Part shown: positions 8,933 through 18,067 of the stretch, in pieces
How the letters are laid out: the number at the start of each line of letters is the position of its first letter
Position numbering within the stretch: the stretch's first letter is position 1
Assembly (NCBI GenBank): GCA_001770205.1
Contig: MEQL01000027.1
Location: 1-64,000 of the forward strand
Reading direction: 5' to 3'
DNA from: Bdellovibrionales bacterium RIFOXYD12_FULL_39_22
GTDB taxonomy: Bacteria > Bdellovibrionota > Bacteriovoracia > Bacteriovoracales > Bacteriovoracaceae
Length of the DNA: 64,000 nucleotides
Position numbers and translations under genes: made by a program
Notes under the pieces: model-generated
What the model was told of the DNA's origin: nothing
Seen by the model: only the letters and a program-made list of their open reading frames with translations
The model's database searches: none

Positions 8933-9382
8933 ATGAAAATTGAAATCCAAGACAAACTTAATAAACTAGCATTAAAAAAATCAATTCCCTTTTGCTATGG
9001 CTGTTACCAAGACGCACCAACGGGCCGTTGTAATATTTGTGGCTCAGATGATTTGATGAATCGGCTGCCTGGAGTTGGATGCGAGTATGGCCAAGAGTGG
9101 ATCATTTCGCACATCTTAGAAACAGAGTTATCACCAGTTGACATTGAAGAAGCCTTCGAAGAATCCATTCGCCAAATATATCCTGAAGAGACCAAAGTTG
9201 GCTGGATGACGTTTGATACAGTCACGCTCATGAAGTCCCAAGATCCAGTTTCTTGGAATATCGCTAAATCAGAATGGGAATCTCAGGAAGAGGAAGATGG
9301 AACCATCATCAGTTTTGACAATGGAGCAACCTACTATTGGTATAGTGATCTTGAGAAATTTGTGGATGATCAAGAAGCTTGA
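8933..9382 (+). CDS. Acidic hypothetical protein with N-terminal Zn ribbon
   Basis: GGAG RBS; CYGC...CNICG; D/E-rich. Confidence 0.75.
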   Translation: MKIEIQDKLNKLALKKSIPFCYGCYQDAPTGRCNICGSDDLMNRLPGVGCEYGQEWIISHILETELSPVDIEEAFEESIRQIYPEETKVGWMTFDTVTLMKSQDPVSWNIAKSEWESQEEEDGTIISFDNGATYYWYSDLEKFVDDQEA

Positions 9383-9455
9383 AGCTTCGTCACCATTTTG
9401 AAAATTTTACAGGGATGTCCTCTGCTATCATCGGTTTATTCACGCAAATGACTCA

Positions 9456-9522
9456 TCAAGTTAATAGTAGCCACTACTATTATGAAATAGTAGCGCTACT
9501 ATTTCGGCTACTATTAACTTGA
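9456..9522. repeat. Nested inverted repeats built from the AATAGTAG(C) motif
   Basis: 17-bp arms 9456-9472/9506-9522; perfect 22-bp palindrome 9484-9505; 9-bp-arm palindrome 9462-9482. Confidence 0.9.
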
Positions 9523-9647
9523 AGTGTCATTTTTTGCAACTCCTTCTTTTTATTAAATTTCCAAAAATCAGATGAGCTGGCACAGCTTGTGGAATTACTG
9601 ACCTCAAGAAAGCAAATGAAAATGCTTCAAAATCTAAAGGGGGAAGT

Positions 9648-10118
9648 ATGAGAGCGATAGATGAATTTGGATTGACAAGAGTGAGAAAGGATCAAACGCC
9701 ATGGCTTGATCATAACGGAGTTCCATTTAACGATGATCTGTTAAAAGTTTTATCCAAGTATTGGAGTCATGAAACTTGGAGCGATTATTTGCAATGGTTG
9801 GAAACTCCGATGAGAGAGTCGCAAATTGGCCATCATGCCTTTGACTCGATCGCTGAACAAATGGAGGAGTCCGCGTTTATTACAGCGGCCATCCGTGAAG
9901 CAGATCAAGAGCTAAAAGCAGAGATTGCGGAATTGCTTAATCAGATCACGATCAAGCAGAAAACGGTTTTGCAAATGAGCTATTGGCACGGCCTTAGTGA
10001 AAGGGAAATTGCCAGCAAATTTGGCATCACAAGAATGAGTGTTCGAGATATTAAAAAAAGAGCGATTCTAAAAATATCAACACTATACAAGAAAAAACAC
10101 TGCCCAATTGCCCATTAG
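9648..10118 (+). CDS. Sigma-70 region-4 HTH domain protein
   Basis: C-terminal QKTVLQMSYWHGLSEREIASKFGITRMSV...KRAILKI. Confidence 0.75.
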   Translation: MRAIDEFGLTRVRKDQTPWLDHNGVPFNDDLLKVLSKYWSHETWSDYLQWLETPMRESQIGHHAFDSIAEQMEESAFITAAIREADQELKAEIAELLNQITIKQKTVLQMSYWHGLSEREIASKFGITRMSVRDIKKRAILKISTLYKKKHCPIAH

Positions 10119-10156
10119 TGAGAGGACAAAAAATTTTAACACAAACGGAGGACGAT

Positions 10157-10324
10157 ATGGAAACGAATAAATTTAGAACAATTTTAGCTTGGATTAAATC
10201 ATTTTTGACACAACTAGAGGGAACGCAGGATTCAGAAATGGCGTGGAGACGATGGGAGTATCTTGAATACAAAAAGTACGATGGTGGATTAGCAAAGGGG
10301 TTTGAGGATGGACGATTTTTCTAA
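10157..10324 (+). CDS. Small hypothetical protein
   Basis: GGAGG RBS before ATG 10157; lies within the operon. Confidence 0.5.
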   Translation: METNKFRTILAWIKSFLTQLEGTQDSEMAWRRWEYLEYKKYDGGLAKGFEDGRFF

Positions 10325-10565
10325 GGTAAAAAAGAAGAAGATTGAAAATCAGATTGTGAGTTTAAACCAGTTTTTACCAACGCTCAGCGATGAAGCCCAG
10401 ACGGCATTACATATGCGCTACTGGGAATTGATGACTATCGAAGAGATTGCTAGGGCCATGGGAAAAACTTGGGATGTGACAGATCGATTGATTGAGAGTG
10501 CGCTAAAGAGGCTAAGAGATTTATTAGCTGATGGCGTGGATGATTCAAAGGCCATTGCGGCCTAA
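10308..10565 (+). CDS. Stand-alone sigma-70 region-4 HTH protein
   Basis: LSDEAQTALHMRYWELMTIEEIARAMG...ALKRLR. Confidence 0.75.
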   Translation: MDDFSKVKKKKIENQIVSLNQFLPTLSDEAQTALHMRYWELMTIEEIARAMGKTWDVTDRLIESALKRLRDLLADGVDDSKAIAA

Positions 10566-10570
10566 AGGGT

Positions 10571-11032
10571 ATGGAGAACAATTTTATGCAAGAATTAAAA
10601 ACAGTATTGGACACGATTATGAGTAATGACGAGCAAGCAAATTTCTATCGTTTTGTCGTCTATCTAGGAGAGGAAAAAGGTTTGGGGAAGATTGAGAAAA
10701 CTAAAACCATCGGAATGGCGTACCTAAAAGATGGCCATGCCACATATACAGTTAGGCTATGGACACTTCTCAATGAACGCTTCTATTTGATTCCTCATAA
10801 ATCCGATGTAGGCCGATATTACATCATGACTAGAGAGGCAAATAAGTTTTCAGAAAGTAGAAAAAAATATTTTTGGAACATAGTTGGAATGGCCAGAGTT
10901 GATGCAGCAAATGGTTATATGCGCTTGGATTTTGATTTGATTGAAAAAACTATTTACATGAGCATTTATCCAGAAATGAAAGAGAGTTCGTCAACGCTAG
11001 CACACCCAAACACTTTTATGGATGCAGCTTAA
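10571..11032 (+). CDS. Hypothetical protein with weak internal duplication (IGMAY / VGMAR)
   Basis: ORF in the operon directly before the pilin. Confidence 0.65.
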   Translation: MENNFMQELKTVLDTIMSNDEQANFYRFVVYLGEEKGLGKIEKTKTIGMAYLKDGHATYTVRLWTLLNERFYLIPHKSDVGRYYIMTREANKFSESRKKYFWNIVGMARVDAANGYMRLDFDLIEKTIYMSIYPEMKESSSTLAHPNTFMDAA

Positions 11033-11054
11033 ACTAAAACATAAGGAAATTATT

Positions 11055-11357
11055 ATGACATTACAAAATTCTAGAAAAACACAGATGACAATTTTATTAC
11101 TAATCGTCGGTATCGTTGCACTAATGGCACCTGATCTTGCTTTTGCTGGATTGGAGTCAAGTTTGGTTGGACTAAAAACTAAACTGACGGGAGTAATTCT
11201 CCCCGTGCTGGCGGTAATCGGAATGGCAATTGCGGCGATTTCTTTTTTTACTGGAAATCCAAACGCCAAGTCGCACATGGTGTATGCCATCTTGGGTTGC
11301 ATTTTTGGTTTCGGAGCACAGGCGATTGTTGATTTTATATCACAAACGGTTCGCTAA
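11055..11357 (+). CDS. virB2: VirB2/TrbC-family pilin
   Basis: About 100 aa; signal peptide ending PDLAFA then two hydrophobic helices; first gene of the T4SS block. Confidence 0.75.
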   Translation: MTLQNSRKTQMTILLLIVGIVALMAPDLAFAGLESSLVGLKTKLTGVILPVLAVIGMAIAAISFFTGNPNAKSHMVYAILGCIFGFGAQAIVDFISQTVR

Positions 11358-11372
11358 ACATTTGGAGGATGT

Positions 11373-11699
11373 ATGGAAGAAGAATTACTCACAAGTTCGG
11401 TGCCACGAGCGTTAGAGATGAAGACGAAAATATTGGGTTTTGAACTTCCAGACCTCCTTTTGATATTTATGAACATGGCGATAACTAATCTTGTTTTTGG
11501 TGGAACGAGTTTACGTTATCCGCTGGTATGGGGAACGACGCTAGCAATAGCGTTGTTCCTCTACTTTATCAAAAGGGGAAAACCAGACAACTATCTTCAA
11601 CATCTGGGGGAGTTTTATACTAAACCGGCGATGCGATCGGCCGGAGAAGCAGATCTTTTATATCGAAAATTTAAACGCAAGGAAATAGACAATGAATAA
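11373..11699 (+). CDS. VirB3-like inner membrane protein
   Basis: Two TM segments; located between the pilin and VirB4. Confidence 0.6.
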   Translation: MEEELLTSSVPRALEMKTKILGFELPDLLLIFMNMAITNLVFGGTSLRYPLVWGTTLAIALFLYFIKRGKPDNYLQHLGEFYTKPAMRSAGEADLLYRKFKRKEIDNE

Positions 11700-14199
11700 T
11701 TTTATAAACACATCACTGGCAAGTGAGCTGCCCTATTGGGAATTTTTTGATGGGCCTCGTCCACATGCGATTTTATTTGATGGATCAATTATTGCCGGAG
11801 TGCAGGCATCATTGGTTGATATTGAGTGCTGGGATAGTGCGGCCATCAATCATCTAACCGAAGGCGTACGTTCGTCACTAAATTCCATTAGTGAAGGACT
11901 GTCAGTACAATTTTACCTACGAGTTGGATCGGACGCGTCTTCGTTTGTTGAAAAGCATAAAAATGGATTTAATCCATCAGCTCATCCCCTGATAAAAAAG
12001 ATTGCACAAAAAAGAGAGTCTGGGTTGCAGACAAGCTTGGAGTCAGGCGAATTTTATAAACCAGAACTTTTTATTTTTTTGAAAACGCCAATGCTGCAAG
12101 GACAGAAGTTTGGATTATTTAAACGGCCAGAAAAATTTGCTGAAGCTTCCAGGGAAAACTATGAAGAAACGGTGGAAATGCTTTTTCAAAATCTTGATAC
12201 GCTGATTTCATCGTTAGGAGGCCTTGGCATTAAGAGTAGGCCACTTTCTAAAAGTGAGTTGGTTGAGATTATATATCGTTTTTTAAATCCAAAACGATCA
12301 CTGAGTGAATCGTGTCCAAAAGTCCAAACAAGTAATGAGGTTGAGCTTGAATCATCGCTAATCCAAGAAGTACCTTGGATGGCCCAGCAATCTCCACGAG
12401 AGCAGTTAGTATTTGGGGATTTGATTTTAGAGTTTTCACATTTTGTGCTGGATTCGTATTTGCACAAGGTGATTACGCTTAAAACTCTACCAGAAATAAC
12501 TTTTGCCGGGCAGCTTGCAAATTTTTTAAGGCTTCCGTTTCACTATGATCTGCTTTTGTCTGTAGATATTCCGGAGCAGGCATCTGAGATGGCCAAGCTT
12601 CAGCAAAAAAGAAAGATGGCCCATTCTTTAGCAGCAACATCAGGTGGGAGGGCATCTGACCTTGAAAGTGAAACAAAGTTATCTTCTACTGAGGAGCTTA
12701 TTCGGGAGTTGCTTAGTAGTGGCCAGAGAATCTATGCGGCACAGATGAGTATTGTTTTAAGAGCACCTGTGGGCACTGATGGAATGCGACTTTTGTCTCG
12801 GCAAGCTAAAGAGGTGTTATCGCGCCTTAGAGCATTGCAAGGAGCAGAAGGCCTAGAAGAGAGTGTCGGTGCGTGGAAAGTGATTAGGGATTGCCTGCCG
12901 CTGGCACCACTTAATCTTGAGCGCGCTCGTCGGATGAAGACTAATAATCTTGCCGATTTTCTTCCTCTCTATGGGCCGCGCATGGGAGATGACGATCCAG
13001 TGGTGATTTTTAAAAATCGTCTTGGTGGTCTGGTGGGATACAACCCATTTGATCCTAGACTTCCCAATTATAATACGCTGGTAACGGGATCTTCTGGGGC
13101 CGGAAAATCGTTTTTGAATAATTGCATTTTATTACAAGAGATGGCCAGATCGCTTCGAGTATTTGTTATTGACATTGGAGGATCGTATAAAAAAATTACT
13201 CAGGCACTGGATGGGCAATATCTAGAGATAAATCTTTCGGATCAGTATCGACTCAATCCGTTTGATATTGCAGATATTGAAGAAGGGCCAACAAATCAGA
13301 AGCTAAAGTCACTACTGGCGGCAATTGAAAGTATGGTTACTGATGAGGATAAACCCAAACTGGCAAAACTTGATCGCGTATTACTCGAAAAAGAGATCAT
13401 TGAACTTTATAAAAAGAAGGCCAAGGAAAATAAAGTTCCGACACTTTCTGATTTGGTAGCGGCTCTGGAAAAATCCAAAGAGCAAACCATGCAGATTTTG
13501 GCCAAGCTTTTATACACCTGGACTGGAGATCGGCCCTATGGCCGTTTGCTGGATGGTTATGGTGGGCTTCGTGCAGATAGTACTATTTGTACTTTTGATT
13601 TGAAGGGACTTTCTAGTTATCCAGATTTGCAAAGTGTGATGATTATTATTTTAACCGATTTTATCTTGGGGCAAGTAGAAAATGATCGCTCGTGTAAAAA
13701 ACGGATAATCATGGATGAGGCGTGGGCACTTTTACAAAACCCGGCCTCCGCTGGATTTATGGAGTATTGCGCTCGGACTTTGCGCAAAACTGGTTCTGGT
13801 ATTACTTTTATAACTCAAGGAGTTGAAGAGATTGCAGCAAGCTCCATTGGGCCTGCAATTTTAAATAACACTGCGACTAAATTTATTCTTTTGCAAAGAG
13901 GTGATCCAAAGATTTTAAAAGATACTCTTCGACTAAATTCGCAGGAGATTTCTTTGATTGGCTCACTTGAACAGCGCAAAGGTAAATTTAGCGAGGGCTT
14001 TTTGATGGAAGGAGATGAAAAACAAGTAGTGCAAATAAGGCCAGGCCCTTTTGAGTATTGGTTATCAACTTCTGATGCTGAAGATAATAAATTTTTGGCG
14101 CAAAGACAAAACGATGGACTGAGCTTAATTGAGGCAATTGAAGAGGCAGTTGTAAAACATCCAAACGGCGTTGGAGCAAAAAAAGCGGAGGCAGCATGA
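11692..14199 (+). CDS. virB4: VirB4/TraC-type conjugative ATPase
   Basis: 835 aa; GSSGAGKS, IDIGGSY, LNPFD, MDEAW, RKTG..FITQ. Confidence 0.92.
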   Translation: MNNFINTSLASELPYWEFFDGPRPHAILFDGSIIAGVQASLVDIECWDSAAINHLTEGVRSSLNSISEGLSVQFYLRVGSDASSFVEKHKNGFNPSAHPLIKKIAQKRESGLQTSLESGEFYKPELFIFLKTPMLQGQKFGLFKRPEKFAEASRENYEETVEMLFQNLDTLISSLGGLGIKSRPLSKSELVEIIYRFLNPKRSLSESCPKVQTSNEVELESSLIQEVPWMAQQSPREQLVFGDLILEFSHFVLDSYLHKVITLKTLPEITFAGQLANFLRLPFHYDLLLSVDIPEQASEMAKLQQKRKMAHSLAATSGGRASDLESETKLSSTEELIRELLSSGQRIYAAQMSIVLRAPVGTDGMRLLSRQAKEVLSRLRALQGAEGLEESVGAWKVIRDCLPLAPLNLERARRMKTNNLADFLPLYGPRMGDDDPVVIFKNRLGGLVGYNPFDPRLPNYNTLVTGSSGAGKSFLNNCILLQEMARSLRVFVIDIGGSYKKITQALDGQYLEINLSDQYRLNPFDIADIEEGPTNQKLKSLLAAIESMVTDEDKPKLAKLDRVLLEKEIIELYKKKAKENKVPTLSDLVAALEKSKEQTMQILAKLLYTWTGDRPYGRLLDGYGGLRADSTICTFDLKGLSSYPDLQSVMIIILTDFILGQVENDRSCKKRIIMDEAWALLQNPASAGFMEYCARTLRKTGSGITFITQGVEEIAASSIGPAILNNTATKFILLQRGDPKILKDTLRLNSQEISLIGSLEQRKGKFSEGFLMEGDEKQVVQIRPGPFEYWLSTSDAEDNKFLAQRQNDGLSLIEAIEEAVVKHPNGVGAKKAEAA

Positions 14200-14885
14200 G
14201 AAAATTAAAAAGATTGTTGTTGAGCGGACTACTTACAATAATAATATCTAGTTCCGCGTCAGCGGACATGTTTGGCGGAGACATCGTTGTGCTTACCCAG
14301 CTTCTGTCAAATGCCCTGCAACAGCTTGTACAGCTTCGCGAAATTGTCGGTAACGGGCAAGATACTTTGGGAATGATGAGAGATATTAATCAGGGAATTA
14401 GAGATGGCCTTGATCTGATTCGCATTATTAACCCGAAGTTTAATCCAGGCCTTTACAGTAATTTGGATACTGCTGATCGAGTATTAGGTGTCATTAATGA
14501 GCTTTATGGAAAAGTTCCTCAGACGGCCGAGTTTAGGCTGCAACAAGCACAAGATCAATCGGTGGCAGAGAGTATTTCGATGAATGGGAATTTGTTTGAG
14601 TATGCCGATCAAGTTGATTTGGAATCTAAGCGAATTATGGATCATGCCAAGGTGGTGAGTCCCCAAGGAGCGGAGAAGCTAAATGCACAATCGCTCGCTG
14701 TGCTAATAGGAGTTACTACCCAGTTGCTTAGAACTAATTCGATGATGTTAAAGATGATGGGAGAAAATATGGCACTGTCCAATCGGAAGGAAAAATTGCA
14801 GTCAGCGCAATTTAAAAACCAATACGATGGGATGTCCAGTGCTCTTGGAAAATTGCCTCGCAAAAACAGTCTGCCGTCACTTTAG
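14196..14885 (+). CDS. VirB5/TrbJ-like secreted protein
   Basis: Signal peptide, Q/L-rich helical protein, follows VirB4. Confidence 0.55.
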   Translation: MRKLKRLLLSGLLTIIISSSASADMFGGDIVVLTQLLSNALQQLVQLREIVGNGQDTLGMMRDINQGIRDGLDLIRIINPKFNPGLYSNLDTADRVLGVINELYGKVPQTAEFRLQQAQDQSVAESISMNGNLFEYADQVDLESKRIMDHAKVVSPQGAEKLNAQSLAVLIGVTTQLLRTNSMMLKMMGENMALSNRKEKLQSAQFKNQYDGMSSALGKLPRKNSLPSL

Positions 14886-14909
14886 AGGTGGCAAGATAGG
14901 AGGTGAATA

Positions 14910-15776
14910 ATGCCATCATTTGAATTATTAGGAAGTTTGATGCGCGATTTGCACCGAGAGTTTGTGCGAATCTATTACTTGATGCTGCCAGTTTTCTTTT
15001 TGCTCTCCGTTGCGGTTACATGGTTTAGGCATCCACAAGGTAGTCCGGAATTTGTGAGTATAATAAAAAAGGCGGTAGTATCTACTTTTTTATTAGTGGC
15101 CTTTCCTGAAATTAGTCAGGCGATCGTTTCTATCTGTGATGGGATAGCAGATAAAATTGATTCGATGAATAGCATTGATACCATAATTAAAATGGCCGGA
15201 CAAAAAACGCAGGGCTATTCGTTTTCACCGACCAGTATTTTGTTGCAGTTTAACGATCTGATAATCGCTACACTTGCCTTTTTAAGTTACCTCGTCCTCT
15301 ATGTGGCACGTTATCTGACGGTGGCGATGTATCACTTTTTTTGGCTTTTTTTTATGGCCACCGCTCCGCTCCTTTTACTTTTTAATCTGTTTCATGGAAC
15401 GGAGCAGATCACTGGCAATCTATTTAAAGGGATGATTGAAGTTGCTAGTTGGAAAATTGTCTGGGGTGTGCTCGGCGCGATGCTAACTTCACTATCTTTT
15501 GGTGATGCGTATCGTGCCGAAGGATCATATGTCACTTTGATGGTGATGAATTTTATGATCGCAATTTCCATGCTGATGACCCCGATGATTGTAAGAAGCA
15601 TCGTCGGATCAGGGTTTCATGCAATGTCCTCGACAATAGGAGCAAGTACAGTGGCGGCAATGGCCGCAGCACCTGCAAAAGCGTTGATAATGTCAACGAA
15701 AACGAGATCGGCGATTAATTTAGGGCAAAATTTTATGAGGCAAAAATTGATGACACCAAAGAGTAAAAAAGAATGA
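14910..15776 (+). CDS. VirB6/TrbL-like polytopic membrane protein
   Basis: About six TM segments, small-residue-rich tail, synteny. Confidence 0.65.
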   Translation: MPSFELLGSLMRDLHREFVRIYYLMLPVFFLLSVAVTWFRHPQGSPEFVSIIKKAVVSTFLLVAFPEISQAIVSICDGIADKIDSMNSIDTIIKMAGQKTQGYSFSPTSILLQFNDLIIATLAFLSYLVLYVARYLTVAMYHFFWLFFMATAPLLLLFNLFHGTEQITGNLFKGMIEVASWKIVWGVLGAMLTSLSFGDAYRAEGSYVTLMVMNFMIAISMLMTPMIVRSIVGSGFHAMSSTIGASTVAAMAAAPAKALIMSTKTRSAINLGQNFMRQKLMTPKSKKE

Positions 15777-16399
15777 AAACGATTAATAAACAAAAATTTT
15801 ACAAAGGAATTAGTATGGATCAAAAAATTATTTTGAAAGCGGCCAATTGGCCTAAAGTTGTCGGAGATATGACTCACTCTAACCAATTACTAAAAACTTT
15901 TTCGCTTTGCTCACTGGCAATTGCAATCATGAGCTTATTATTTGCGTTTATTCTAAACAATCGGCCCGCTTTGGTGTTGGCATTTAGCACAGATGGAAAA
16001 GTATTCGAAGAGACAAAACTTCCTTCTGCTGAATTACAGATACGTGAAGCACTAAATGCGTACATCCGCTATCGCTATAACTGGACTCCGCAGAATATCA
16101 AAGACAACTTATCGGTAGCAATGAATTTCATCCTACCAAGAAGTAGCAAGGCGTTTGATGGAGCGATGAGTGAGGTAATGAAGTTTGCCCTAGAAAAAGA
16201 GGTGGTACAAAGGGCATATCCCAATCAGATGTCTATTGATCTTAAAAATAGCACAGCGATTGTTACGGGTGATCGGGTTAGTTCAATTCAGGGCCTTCGT
16301 GCTGCGGGAGAGCTAAAAGTATTACTGCAATTTGAAAATGGGCCAAGATCAACGCAAAACCCATGGGGAATTTATGTGGTGAAAGAAAAGGAGGAATAG
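15773..16399 (+). CDS. VirB8/TrbF-like protein
   Basis: Single TM; C-terminal NPWGIYV motif typical of VirB8. Confidence 0.7.
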   Translation: MKTINKQKFYKGISMDQKIILKAANWPKVVGDMTHSNQLLKTFSLCSLAIAIMSLLFAFILNNRPALVLAFSTDGKVFEETKLPSAELQIREALNAYIRYRYNWTPQNIKDNLSVAMNFILPRSSKAFDGAMSEVMKFALEKEVVQRAYPNQMSIDLKNSTAIVTGDRVSSIQGLRAAGELKVLLQFENGPRSTQNPWGIYVVKEKEE

Positions 16400-16403
16400 G
16401 TTT

Positions 16404-17123
16404 ATGAAATGTATTTTGATTTGTTCGCTCATACTATTTGGATCAATTGCGAATTCATTTGAGAATCGTGTTCGTTATGTTGAAGTGCAACCTGACCAAG
16501 TTGTTACCGTAAAAACAGCAATTGGAATTGCTACCATTGTTCAGGTGCCAGACTCCCCCAACAGCGTTGTTGTCGGCGATCAGAGCGCTTTTAAGGTGGA
16601 GTATCTTGATAAGGCGATTACCATTAAGCCCCTTGTGAGTGGGGCCAAGAGTAATCTCTATATTTATACTGAATGGAAACGGTACAATGTGCAACTGATT
16701 ACTGGTGCCGAAGTCAGGGCGGATTATGTGGTTTATCTGAAACATCCGAAAAAAAAAGAAGATGGATCAGTTATCGCTTGGAGAAGTATTAGTAAAAAAC
16801 TAACCAACGATGACATTTCGTTGGAGGTAACAAGAGTTGGAAATACTTCTGGAAAATTTTTGTTTCTTGAGTTTCAGATTATCTCTAAACAAAATAGGCC
16901 AATCAAACCAGAGTGGATTTGGTTGACACAAGAAGGAGTTACAAAGCCGATTAACAAATTGATTTTTTCGTCACTGACAATGAAAAAAGGTGAATTTGTT
17001 AAAGGTGTGATTCAGCTTGCCAAAGAGGATATTGATGTAAATGCATACTTGCGCTTTGAGTTGAGAAGAAAAACGATTTCTTATTTAACCATTGCCAAGG
17101 CGTCTGCATGGAAAACAAAATAA
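16404..17123 (+). CDS. VirB9/TrbG-like protein
   Basis: Signal peptide; VGD...ITIKP...SNLYIYT..KRY pattern. Confidence 0.7.
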   Translation: MKCILICSLILFGSIANSFENRVRYVEVQPDQVVTVKTAIGIATIVQVPDSPNSVVVGDQSAFKVEYLDKAITIKPLVSGAKSNLYIYTEWKRYNVQLITGAEVRADYVVYLKHPKKKEDGSVIAWRSISKKLTNDDISLEVTRVGNTSGKFLFLEFQIISKQNRPIKPEWIWLTQEGVTKPINKLIFSSLTMKKGEFVKGVIQLAKEDIDVNAYLRFELRRKTISYLTIAKASAWKTK

Positions 17124-18067
17124 AAAATGCCTTCTTAAAAGCACCCAAACCGTTTTCGTCAAGGCAAGAGATCAATTGGAAAACGATAATCACATTGTGC
17201 GGTGTCACTCTCTTTCTATTTGTTGTTGTGATTTTAGTTTTACCAGAAAAACCCAAAGAAGAATTAGACTTTCACGAGACAGCGACTATTGATGAGACTC
17301 CAAACAATGCGGAACGAATAACGGCAACTGAAGATACTTTGGCTCAGTTGCAAGCGACAAGTGGTTTTTCAAGATCAGTTGCCGATCCACTAACTGCTTA
17401 TGGAAATGGTGGAACAGCTCAAGGTGGTGGCGGAGGTGGTTCAAATCGTGATCGCAACACTTCGATGATTTTGGCCAGAGAGGGGGCAACCTCGAAAGGT
17501 AAACTTCCACTTGGGTCAAGGGTTGTATTTAAAATTGCCGAGGCCATGACAGTAACAAAGCAAGCGATGCCGGTAGTTGGCGAGGTGGTAAAAGATGTGA
17601 TCTATGAAAATAGTGTGGCCATTCCTGAGGGGGCAAAACTATATGGGGAGATTAGTTTTGATGATTCATCTGAGCGGGCCAACATTAATTTTCAGTCGAT
17701 AATTTTTCCAAACGGCAGAGAGCGAGCTATTTCGGCGATCGGCATAGATGCAGACGGGAGGATTGGTATTAATGGAGAAGTTCACTCGGAAATTCTAAAA
17801 AATTTGATGGGCCATACCATTACGCGATTTGTCGGAGCTTACGCCGAAGGAGCAATGACACGCGGCCAGATGGGGGCCAGTAGTGGAGGACATGAGAATG
17901 GTTTGAAAAATGCAGTTGCAGAAACTGCCAAAGATTATGCTGAAGGATTTGGTGAGGAGATGAAAAAAGAACAAAAATGGATTGAGCTTCCGGCCGGAGT
18001 TGTGGCCGAAGCAGTTTTAAATCAGGGCCTTATTTTCAAAGACCCAGGGGCGGTTAATGGATTCTAA
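17108..18067 (+). CDS. virB10: VirB10/TrbI-like protein
   Basis: TM, Gly-rich linker, IPEGAKLYG, DADGRIGING. Confidence 0.75.
   Translation: MENKIKNAFLKAPKPFSSRQEINWKTIITLCGVTLFLFVVVILVLPEKPKEELDFHETATIDETPNNAERITATEDTLAQLQATSGFSRSVADPLTAYGNGGTAQGGGGGGSNRDRNTSMILAREGATSKGKLPLGSRVVFKIAEAMTVTKQAMPVVGEVVKDVIYENSVAIPEGAKLYGEISFDDSSERANINFQSIIFPNGRERAISAIGIDADGRIGINGEVHSEILKNLMGHTITRFVGAYAEGAMTRGQMGASSGGHENGLKNAVAETAKDYAEGFGEEMKKEQKWIELPAGVVAEAVLNQGLIFKDPGAVNGF

Noticed and set aside
8742..8936. 64-aa ORF
   Set aside because: TTG start, no RBS, and it coincides with the structured leader; probably non-coding.
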